This document shows, one piece after another, positions 24,301-33,263 of a stretch of DNA of 33,985 nt. A program made the position numbers and the translations under genes. This stretch comes from Nemertoderma westbladi (lineage: Eukaryota; Animalia; Xenacoelomorpha). Under the pieces are notes generated by a model. The model saw only the letters and a list, made by a program, of their open reading frames with translations. It had not been told where the DNA came from and did no database searches. Location: assembly GCA_032718475.1 (NCBI GenBank), contig JAUCBJ010002748.1, forward strand, positions 1 through 33,985, given 5' to 3'. Each line of letters starts with the position of its first letter. Position 1 is the stretch's first letter.

Positions 24301-25202
24301 ACAGTGCGGTACCCATCCCTAAGGAACCGTCGGCATCCGTACCGGCCCTGCAGCTTCTCCACTATCTGCCCCCGAGTGAACCGCACCAGCTCCTCATCGT
24401 CTACGGCGAACGCAGGATATCCGATCGTGGACAGAAGGCCGGCGTCAATCTCCTTGGAACATGACTCCCTGGGGAGCATGGACTGCAGGATGACCTGACA
24501 CTTCATCATCTCGTCCGGTGTCACATGAATCACTGACTCCGGCCCACCTAAGGGACCAAACAAGTCGAGTTCGTTGATGGCCTCCAAGGCAGCCTTGGCC
24601 ATCCCGATGGAGCTAGCATTGAGTTCGGCGACGCCATGGTTGGTCTTTGCGCCACGCTCCCAGATACCGAAGTCGGGCGTCCGGTAGGCGTTCTCGATGT
24701 AGAAGACCAGGTTCTGGAGGAATGCGACCTCGTCTAAGGAGTAGACGATCTGTAGACCGGATGCGGTCATCTGCGCAAGGGTCAGTACATACAGACTTGT
24801 AGCGTCTATCTGCAGATGTCCCCAATCGCTGTCTCCCACAACGGGTTGGAGCGTGAGCGTCCCGTACTTGGCGTGCAGAGCGTCGCGTGTGGATAAGGAA
24901 TGTTTAAAGAGTTCTACTTTATTCGACTGGTTCATCATACACTGCAGGAGAGACCGCATCAGTTTAACTACCGCCATTTTCAGCTCGTACGCTCGCGTGT
25001 TGTCCTCATCACTGTCCCCTTTCTTGCGGTAGGCTAACGACAGACCCCAGACAGCAAGTATGCTGTATACATTGTCCCGAACCCAGGAGTGACCCTCGGC
25101 GCCAATGAGACCAGTAGTCGGGTCCTGGTTGATCAGAATGGTACTGGAAACCGCTCTGTAATAATAGTCCAACCTCTGGCCAGAGTTGCTTCGGGTTCGC
25201 AT
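21312..25202 (-). CDS. PHKA: Phosphorylase b kinase regulatory subunit alpha, single-exon ORF (1296 aa)
   Basis: Uninterrupted ORF. N-terminus MRTRSNSGQRLD matches the alpha-type start (human PHKA1 MRSRSNSGVRLD). Conserved blocks WVRDNVYSILAVWGL, WGHLQIDATS, DFGIWERG, LQGRYGCRRFLRDGY, FENIECEWPLFW, GQWLRRRRLDG, PQPEYRQLLVE and FFYDSAPSG. C-terminal CaaX prenylation motif CCLS. Confidence 0.96.
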   Translation of the reverse strand: MRTRSNSGQRLDYYYRAVSSTILINQDPTTGLIGAEGHSWVRDNVYSILAVWGLSLAYRKKGDSDEDNTRAYELKMAVVKLMRSLLQCMMNQSNKVELFKHSLSTRDALHAKYGTLTLQPVVGDSDWGHLQIDATSLYVLTLAQMTASGLQIVYSLDEVAFLQNLVFYIENAYRTPDFGIWERGAKTNHGVAELNASSIGMAKAALEAINELDLFGPLGGPESVIHVTPDEMMKCQVILQSMLPRESCSKEIDAGLLSTIGYPAFAVDDEELVRFTRGQIVEKLQGRYGCRRFLRDGYRTVKEDRSRLHYEPWELKEFENIECEWPLFWTMLFLDGLFNDDEEQVLCYRNKLESVFVKNSEGFLLAPQFYYVPEQLVAKETATPHSVDRRAGGELPFLWAQSFYILGQLLYDKLIAPGEIDPLDRRFALQPKPDLTVQVVCLAEDIYIKHKLSELDIEVQTIAELAPIQVHPAFILSELYTKLGYSRKLDLTGRPAHPIGILGSCRIYTLRDLQFVIIPQFFDRQRFYLALDPDLVGDVLCNELAFVRSSWNCLGRPTIIIPVTRSMLDDKLQLNSSSLTLLRKIRVGYTTGVSVQMGRLADFLPTSCVSRLSFLEDSADTSHSLSGYLDQLVVQSTRHLPRLLTPVGSQTPVGATRRTQLGHGPRRRVSVSGAMFKAQSLQLQESLELQSPIITDQCETITGPLYGNAPVSPGNHYNDVVPLGASSPDAPSWTSGRRGSTPGCYFDTPWVQTDSPSWGDGNYVPHNYSIESPCNAFHGRLLQTSIVDAHSLSDGDSKVSSSTHQHLVEMYGEIDTLELVEQLRGTQHLQDQADILYYLYITEGPDFDTEISGESGCSVRVLLKELYEKASHFKHWSIIRHTAGMLRKRLDEMAESVTDLIVRQKQLTVGLPPEPREQTITAPLPPEDLSNLIYECCGEEGSIAVVTQEIVYYLGMLIRTEPALFREMLRLRVGLIIQVMISELAIVLDCEVLQATSYLLNLSPFELKNLLHHILSGQEFSVETTKESQRTMSIVDLPKNDYSGIAKLKASSRHSGNHLNGHSNNLINSSFNSVNTSNDINKSSKHIINSLDRIVYSSDPMEDDIPCRRPRLGQWLRRRRLDGSLNRVPVNFYPRIWNVLNHCQGISIEGLLITSSLTREMTSGELNFALTVESVLNRIPQPEYRQLLVEGLMVLTLVSEQYKDFVGGVIAIEQLVAEANNLFLEDQRQQEGDATLCCLAPPNGQSMNPPCQGTCGVCQFFYDSAPSGHYGTMVYIAKAVAKLVINHESVSECCLS

Positions 25203-25213
25203 TATTGTTCCAT
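25202..25213 (-). promoter_or_regulatory. Minimal uORF (ATG GAA CAA TAA) whose stop overlaps the PHKA start codon (TAATG)
   Basis: The minus strand reads ccgaATGGAACAATAATGCGA. The last A of TAA (25202) is the A of the PHKA ATG. Confidence 0.55.
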
Positions 25214-25868
25214 TCGGGTTGTGAATGATGTCTTATATATCAGAATCAGTATATGTCGGGGTGGTTGGTTGGCTGGTTGGTGTATTCGAATAAAATATGA
25301 GGAAATAATTACCGGTGCATCCAGTTCCTAGCTGCCTACCCGTACCGGTATTAATTACAGTATACCGGTAATTGATGAATTGTTTTAAATTAAAAATAAA
25401 GGGCTGAGTGTTGGGTAGTAATGTCAGACTCTGAGACTATATTACGGGCGGGAATGGTACAGGGAAGCCGCCAGCCCCACAGGTTAGAGAGCTCAGACAA
25501 TCTGCAATCACAGGTCTCAGGTTGGATAACAGCGGTTACCCGATCTGTAATCGGTTTGGGTTTGGGATTGGTGGGAGATTGACCAGTAGACATTTTGGAT
25601 GCGATGTGGGATGACACAAACCACAAACAAAGACACGGATTGACTGAACAAGCCAACCATAGAAGAAGTCAGGCCTAATTCTGTAATTCTGATATTGCTA
25701 TAAATTCCTTTCCAACCACAGTACAGCAGTATACAGGTCTGCAGGTATATAACTGATTCAAGGTACAAAATGAGCCAAATACTCTAATAGGCAGATAGGT
25801 CTACCGTTGTTATGATACCGATACGACCGTTACAATAAACAAACTCCATGCAGGTATGCAGCTCCAGC

Positions 25869-26210
25869 TAGGGTCCGTCGAAACACCCAAATCACATCAT
25901 CAGATCATATTACTGTATTACAGTCACACCAAATCACAAACCAAATCACACCATATCACAAACCAAATCACAAAAAATAATCCCAAAACCAAATCACACC
26001 AAACCAAATCACACCGAATGATACCAAATCCAGAAATAACACCAAATCACAAAAAAAAAATGCAAAGTAAAGGAGCAGGTTACACTGTTACAGTGGTAGC
26101 CAGAAGGAACCAAAACAATAAACGATTACTGATTACCGGTAGAAAAAAATAAAATTATAATATTTTGTGTGATTTGGTGTGAATTGTTGTGATTCGGTGT
26201 GATTTGAAAA
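25869..26210. mobile_element. Degenerate MITE with CCAAATCACA / TGTGATTTGG subterminal repeats
   Basis: Begins TAGGGTCCGTCG. Many CCAAATCACA units at 25887-26051 and inverted units at 26166-26206. The right TIR was not found. Confidence 0.5.
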
Positions 26211-27222
26211 ATTTTACAGTACTGTAGTACAGTAGTAGGCCTAGCTGCCTACGGTATGGCAGTATGGTACGTGAAGATGGAGGGAGCCATGGATTGATGG
26301 ACTAAATAGGTCAGTCAGTCAGTGTGTACCTATATTTCATTTTATAAAACTGCCTAAATATCTACAGAATGCAAAACATGTTGCGAAACTACTGGTACAA
26401 AAATACAATGAACCTCATTACTGCATTAACTACTGAACTAACTAGGCCTATTACAGTATTAATTATAGTTGATACAGAATGCCCAGCTCAGCTGATTGGG
26501 ATATTGTATTGCGGTTTACTTTTAATGAGCTACAAATTATGACTAGCAGCTGATGTTCAGCTGTTTCTTAGTTTTACTACAGTACTGGGTATTACCGGTA
26601 CTGGTTGACAGGAAAGCCAGTCACTATACAACTTAGGCCTACTACTCACAGATACACTAAGTAACCCAAACATCATAGAATAAGTCCCTCCCACTACCGG
26701 TAACACCACGCTACGACATTCTCCAATACAATGATGATTGGTAGGAATTAGTGTCATATCAATTTGTGTGAGTAATTCATTAGGAGCATATAACATTATG
26801 TCCCAGAAGTAGACGTAACGGAGTAATTATTGTTCCGGTAGTGTCTTTGTCTTATCCGCTGTTTTATGTGCTGTTTTCAGATAAAAAACATTTTCTAGGA
26901 CATGTTGAACACCATGTACTGTACACTTGTTTGTTGCCGTTACCTTTTCCTACTTTATATGTTATATTTTAATGATATACTTAGTGCCTGTTTTAACTGA
27001 TTTAACGTCAAATAAAAAATTCCAATTCCTATCCTGAAAAATGGAATTTACTAAGCTATGCCTAACGACAATTTTTTATAGGGAAACAGTGATGGACTGG
27101 AATTTCCCCGACCTCCCCTAATTTTTCCAGATATCTTATTTTCGATTTAGCTTCCAGACATTTTCACTCTAGATTAGATAGCATACGATTATAATTTATT
27201 TACTCTAAATAAATGTACTTAC

Positions 27223-27345
27223 TGGATGCGGTTTCGGAAGTACTTGATTGGTTGTCTGTTCATGTTTCTCGTCCAATGATGAAGAAGTACGTTGCACTGA
27301 AAGTAGACCGCCCATCATTCCAACAGCAAACACGTCATTCATTGG
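27223..27345 (-). CDS. UTP15: UTP15 internal exon (123 nt), not in the ORF track
   Basis: ttccag|CCA ATG...CAT CCA|gtaagt. Encodes PMNDVFAVGMMGGLLSVQRTSSSLDEKHEQTTNQVLPKPHP, matching human ETIVVGMTNGILSVKHR. Phase 0/0 fits both neighbours. Confidence 0.85.
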
Positions 27346-27944
27346 CTGGAATAATTCAACAAAATATCAGCACAAATTGAGTCACTAATTCTCATAATAT
27401 GGGCGTTGAAAAAAATCAGCCTATTGGCTAATTATATGGAATATTGTTTAAAACAAGTTCCATTATTTTAAAGTAAGGGACCACACAATAATACAATTTT
27501 CGAGTTGTCCTACAACAACATTATGAACGTGGTTATCAAACAACATTACTGATTTGCCTAGTATTTCAAAAAGTATAGGTTCTCTGGTCCTTCGAAATTG
27601 GTATCTATGGCAGACAATATTGAGTATAACATTTTATTATAATCGTGCAGAGTAGACAGATGGCTAGGTACTTGCTTGTTGTTGAAGCACAACATCATAA
27701 ATCTATTTGCTATTTACATTTTGAAAAGTAGCCTTTTTTGGATGTAACATTATAATTATCCTTATAAGAATGGGCGATGTTGAACTCTTTGAGCTAATAG
27801 AATAAGAGTGTCCCGTGATGGAACAATCAGTAGGGAGAGAACTGACTACGCTGTTCTTATTCCTGGGGGTGATTCCAGTGATGACGATTGTTCGAGTGGC
27901 GGTGATTTTGAATGTTTTTGTCAGGGTCTAGTAGCGATGGTGAA

Positions 27945-29397
27945 TTAGTGCACATTCGTACCGAGGTTCCCACTGGTGCAGTGCACTTCGTACTTGTGCA
28001 GTGCATTTCGCACTGGTGCAGTGCACATTGATCCAGTGCAGTGCACTTCATACTGGATGCAGTACACATTGATCCAGTGCAGTGCACTTTATACTGACCG
28101 GTGTGAGGTGCACATTGCACCGGTGAAAGAGTGCACTTTGTATCTGGGTAGTGCACGTCGCACTGGTGCAGTGTAGTTCGTTCTGGTGCAGTGCACTTTA
28201 TACTGGTGCAGTGGGCTGTTGAATTAGTGCACTTAGTTCCGGTGTAGTGCACATCGCACTGGTGAATTAGTGCACTTTGTACCTGTGTAGTGCACTTCGC
28301 ACTGGTGCAGTGCACTTTGATCCAGTGCAGTACACTTCATACTGGATGCAGTACACATTGATCCAGTGCAGTGCACTTTATACTGGTGTGAAGTGCACAT
28401 TGCAACGGTGAAAGAGTGCACTTTGTACCTGGGTAGTGCACGTCGCACTGGTGCAGTGCATTTCGTTATGGTGGAGTGCACTTTATACTGGTGCAGTGCG
28501 CTGTTGAATTAGTGCACTTCGTAACGGGGTAGTGCACTTAGCACTGGTGCGGTACATTTTGATCCAGTGCAGTGCACTTTATCTGGTGCTTTACACTTCA
28601 TACTGGTTGGTACAGTACTCTTTGTACTGTTGCAGTGCACTTCGTACTGGTACAGTGCACCTTATACTGATGCAGTGCACATTGAATCGCTGAATGAGTG
28701 CACTTCGCACTGGTTCCAGTGCGCTTCATACTGGTTCATGTCACTTCATAATGGTGGAGTGTACTTCGTACTGGTGCAGTGCAACTTCATACTGGTTCAG
28801 TGCACTTCATACTGGTTCAGTGCACGTCATACTGGTGTAGTGTAATTCGTACTGGTGCAGTGCACACCGTACTGGTGCAGTGCACTTCGTACTGGTGCAG
28901 TGCACTCCATACTGGTTCAGTGCACTTCATACTGATGCAGTGCACGTCATACTGGTGCAGTGGACTTCGTACTGGAGCAGTGCACCTCGTACTGGTGCAG
29001 TGCACTTCGTACTGGTGCAGTGCACTCCATACTGGTTCAGTGCACTTCATACTGATGCAGTGCACGTCATACTGGTGCAGTGGACTTCGTACTGGAGCAG
29101 TGCACCTCGTACTGGAGCAGTGCACCTCGTACTGGTGCAGTGCACTTCGTACTGGTGCAGTGCACTCCATACTGGTTCAGTGCACTTCATACTGATGCAG
29201 TGCACGTCATACTGGTGCAGTGGACTTCGTACTGGAGCAGTGCACCTCGTACTGGTGCAGTGCATTTCGTACTGGTGCAGTGCACTCCATACTGGTTCAG
29301 TGCACTTCATACTGATGCAGTGCACGTCATACTGGTGCAGTGCACACCGTACTGGTGCAGTGCACCTCGTACTGGTGCAGTGCACTTCATTCTGGTG
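27945..29397. repeat. 20-bp satellite (ACTGGTGCAGTGCACTTCRT)n with 120-bp higher-order repeat
   Basis: Diverged units on the left. Regular 20-mers from ~28770. A 6-unit 120-bp block recurs about four times between 28861 and ~29360. Confidence 0.95.
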
Positions 29398-30125
29398 AAC
29401 AATACAAAATAATGAATGGATACATAATAATCGTTATCAATAAATTTTAAATATTCTTTGTATAATGACGTTGTCCAACAACAACCCTTCGAAATGTTAA
29501 ACTATTTAAACCGGATCATACATAATCATAGCCCCAGAACCCCAAGCTAAAGTATGCCGAGGCAGAAAACCCGGTAGAGTTGAATATTGTATTGCCAACA
29601 ATAGTTTACGAAAAGTCCTCCGAGCGCATGGTGTTGTTCTAGAACAGAAACATTTTTCGAAAATATTAACTAGTTCAAAAGTTACAGGGCTGTAACTTTT
29701 GAACTAGTTACTATTTTCGAAAAATTCTTTTTGAATCAAAATTAGTGTACAAAATACTTTTAAAATCAATATTAGGGATGTCCCGGAATTCCGGCGGTTT
29801 TTGCCCGATTCTGGTTCCGGCCGGAATTACCGGAATGTTGTCAATTCCGGCCGGAATTTTACCGGAATTACCAGTTTCCTAAGTAATTTGATAGTTGCCA
29901 ATTAGTTTGTTAAATTATTATCAAAATTTATATATTTTTAACATATGCTTACCAACTATTGTTTAAGATGCAGTAGGCCTACTTGTCAACACTTGTAAAA
30001 AAAGTTAAGAAGTAAAGTTTTCTTCGGCCGTTAGCTTACTGTAGAGCTACCATTTATGGATGCAAGGCGGTGATAGAGATACCCCATTCTAGCCACTTCA
30101 AATCATTCGTACCGAAAAGAAAATA

Positions 30126-30197
30126 GTCCATGCGAGGTTCGAACCCACAACCTCCAGATAGATGGGAATTCAATGCAACCACTACACCAAGGTGGAA
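30126..30197 (-). mobile_element. tRNA-like SINE head embedded in the hAT MITE (homologue at ~4433-4505)
   Basis: Minus strand TGGTGTAGTGG (A box)...GGTTCGAACC (B box). No intact cloverleaf. Confidence 0.6.
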
Positions 30198-30371
30198 CCA
30201 AATGAACCTGTAACGAGGGACAATTTACTGCCAACCCCTTTTTTTAAAGTCAATTTAGTTTGATGGGTATGCATCACATTTCCAAAAAATTGTCACATGT
30301 CAACTGTTTTTAGAACGTCAAAATTACACCCCCCTTGCTCCCCCTTGCTCCACATAAGTCAAAAGTCATTT

Positions 30372-31395
30372 CGTGACCAAAGAGCCAGAACAACACTCAC
30401 CAAAAAATGTGGTTTCGAGAAAAATGCAAAAAACCTTCCCATTTCCCTCTATATGGATCCCGTCTCCTGATTTTTTCGACAGAGGTCTGGGAAGATACAA
30501 TGATACATTTTATAATAGTGGCTAGCATTCAGAATAAATTTTGTTAATGAAAAAAACTGTTTTTTCGTTATTTTCCAAAGAGGCAAAACAACACATACTG
30601 AAATTTAACATTAACTCTAGTCTGTGTGTGTTGTTTTACCTCTAACGGTTTTCAACTTTTATGTTGTGAGGGTTGTTCTGGTTTTCCATATCTCCTAAAC
30701 GGACTGACATACAAGTCTAGGATTTTAACATAATAAGTGTGGTATGTGTTGTTTTACCTCTAACGGTTTTCAACTTTTATGTTGTGAGGGTTGTTCTGGT
30801 TTTCCATATCTCCTAAACGGACTGACATACAAGTCTAGGATTTTAACATAATAAGTGTGGTATGTGTTGTTTTACCTCTAACAGTTTTCAACTTTTATGT
30901 TGTGAGGGTTGTTCTGGTTTTCCATTTCTCCTAAACGGACTGACATACAAGTCTAGGATTTTAACATAATAAGTGTGGTATGTGTTGTTTTACCTCTAAC
31001 GGTTTTCAACTTATATGTTGTGAGGGTTGTTCTGGTTTTCCATATCTCCTAAACGGACTGACATACAAGTCTAGGATTTTAACATAATAAGTGTGGTATG
31101 TGTTGTTTTACCTCTAACGGTTTTCAACTTATATGTTGTGAGGGTTGTTCTGGTTTTCCATATCTCCTAAACGGACTGACATACAAGTCTAGGATTTTAA
31201 CATAATAAGTGTGGTATGTGTTGTTTTACCTCTAACAGTTTTCAACTTATGTTGTGAGGGTTGTTCTGGTTTTCCATATCTCCTAAACGGACTGACATAC
31301 AAGTCTAGGATTTTAACATAAGATGTAAAACGCCATCTTGAGTAATTTTGGTGAAAAAAATTTGTGGTATGTGTTGTTCTGGCTCTATGGTCACG
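30372..31395. mobile_element. TIR MITE with 4-bp TSD ATTT (Sola1-like target) containing a 118-bp tandem array
   Basis: TIR CGTGACCAAAGAGCCAGAACAACAC...GTGTTGTTCTGGCTCTATGGTCACG. The empty site AAGTCATTTGTTAAAA is seen in hAT copy 1 (~4894-4909). Units start at 30631, 30749, 30867, 30985, 31103 and 31221. Confidence 0.85.
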
Positions 31396-32744
31396 ATTTG
31401 TTAAAAAATATAAGATGAGTCTCACATTTACAAAATAGTTCTAAACCCAAAGGTATCAATCCAGGCTTTCAGCATACCATAAGTCATGAGTTGTATGTCA
31501 AAAAAAGATGGAACATGGGACATAATCACTTTCGCTCATAAGTCGTTACTTACGATTTACCAGTAGAGTGGAGACGCTCCCATTGAAACCAATGTGTTGG
31601 TGTTCCATAATATATTTCGACTTACGACATATGACTTACCAGTGGAGCATGGGCCTTAACGAGTGGTTTTACAATTTGCTTATAATATAACGTTTTTTAG
31701 ATTGATTTACATTATTTTACTTTGATATAATTATTAAATAATATGATAATATTAATATTAGTATGTCCAACCCAACATAGGATTACCCCTAAAGCTTTGC
31801 AGCTTATTTCCAAGGGGGTCCGTTATGTTACTTGGTTACAAATACAATATTACACTACGCTAACCTAAAACCAATATAAAAGGTAATTACACTACGTACA
31901 TGTCCTGCGAATGGTAATGGTCGTTAGTTCAGTAGTCCTGCGTCGTAGGTGCTGCATAATATAATATAGTAGTTTAATTTCTATTTACTGCAAAGCTATT
32001 TCTTACCAAAAATCTATTTATTCCCAGCAAAATTAAACTGTAAGATGTACTATTAACTCTCGTTTATTGTTCTGATTCGAATAACATGTCACTCACTGTA
32101 ACATTCTCCTTTCCCTTAACGACACCAGGATATTGCACTAAACGACCCAAAGACGCGAAACCAGGAAACCCGAAACCGCTGGTCAACGTAGGTTTTTAGG
32201 TATGAGCCTAAAAACCTAACTTTTGGCCAAGGATATAGGTTTTTTAAAAAATAATGAAATTGAATTCCCTGTCGTATAAGGCCGAAGTACCCCAACCCCC
32301 CCTCCCGTCCCCATAAAAGGCCGTAACGTGCCAAAATTCATTTATTTCACAAAAAAAATATAAGGTTTCATGGGTCATTTAGTGTATTTCACTAATTTAT
32401 ACAAAATTCCGGTTCCGGCCGGAATATTCCGGCATGCTGAATTTCGGTTCCGGTCCCGGCCGGAATCAAAATATCGATTCCGGGACATCCCTAATCAATA
32501 TACAAATATCGCTTGAAACAAAAAGTCATGCAGTAAAGGGTTAAACCAGTGATTCCTTCTCGTGGCTCATCGTTTTTTCTCCTGTTATGGTAAAATATCT
32601 AGGAAAAATTACTTTTCACGAAATTTTTCGAAAATTCCTAGACGAAATATATTTCCCGCAAAACCAATCACTAATCACCAGGACGGTTGTTATTCAATCT
32701 GTTGTACGTACGGCACCCTCGGGTAGGTTGTTACTTTAACTCAC

Positions 32745-32965
32745 ACTAAAAGCAACAGACAATATTGGCGACGTCATCTTCTGAGTATGAACCACACTGA
32801 AACTCTGGGTGTCGTAAATATTAACGTTATGATCGAGGGAACCGGATATGACGCGCCCTTGGGATGGGATGCTAGACAGACACGTCACTAGTTTGTTGTG
32901 ATTCTCCATGGTTACTAGATTTCTACCACCGGCCAATAAATCCCAAACTTTAACAATTGAACCCC
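32745..32965 (-). CDS. UTP15: UTP15 internal exon (WD40 repeats); first exon visible in the window
   Basis: ttcag|GG GGT...TTT AGT|gtgagt. Encodes GSIVKVWDLLAGGRNLVTMENHNKLVTCL...ISGSLDHNVNIYD...SPILSVAFS, which parallels human UTP15 [26 protein letters not shown]...SGSLDRKVKVY. Phase 1 in, phase 0 out. Confidence 0.9.
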
Positions 32966-33151
32966 CTGAAAGAAAACAGTTTAAAAAAATAAAAAATACA
33001 GTAATAATATGAAAAACAACGGAACCCCCAATTAATTATCATCGGTGGATTATATTATATAGCTTGTATTCTTGGTTTATCATATCAATTCCAACAAAAT
33101 AATATTTAAATAACATGAAATAAATTATAAAACTTGCCTAGCGTCTTAGGG

Positions 33152-33199
<48 letters not shown>

Positions 33200-33263
33200 A
33201 ACCAGACCCCCTACGGTTTTATCTCCAATTGATTGAAAAATGCATAGAAAAAGATATAATATA

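Larger units (their letters stand above)
29773..32493. mobile_element. hAT-superfamily MITE, copy 2 (same family as 4080-5420), with nested elements
   Basis: Same 17-bp TIR. 8-bp TSD ATCAATAT (29765-29772 and 32494-32501). The arms are homologous to copy 1. Confidence 0.93.

Noticed and set aside
21595-25331. Short alternative-frame and antisense ORFs overlapping PHKA
   Set aside because: Expected by-products of a GC-rich coding sequence; no recognisable motifs.
25390-26796. ORFs upstream of PHKA as the missing UTP15 exon
   Set aside because: No convincing similarity; the expected VGM-containing exon was found at 27223-27345.
27240-27350. CCAAT-box cluster as the PHKA promoter
   Set aside because: These ATTGG/CCAAT matches fall within the UTP15 coding exon 27223-27345 and are explained by its codons.
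28861-29390. Metal-response element (TGCRCNC) array
   Set aside because: Only a minority of monomers match, and there is no evidence of a linked promoter.
27857-29412. Cys/His-rich ORFs on both strands (metallothionein- or zinc-finger-like), or a CRISPR array
   Set aside because: They are translations of a 20-bp satellite. There are no unique spacers and no cas genes, and the context is eukaryotic.
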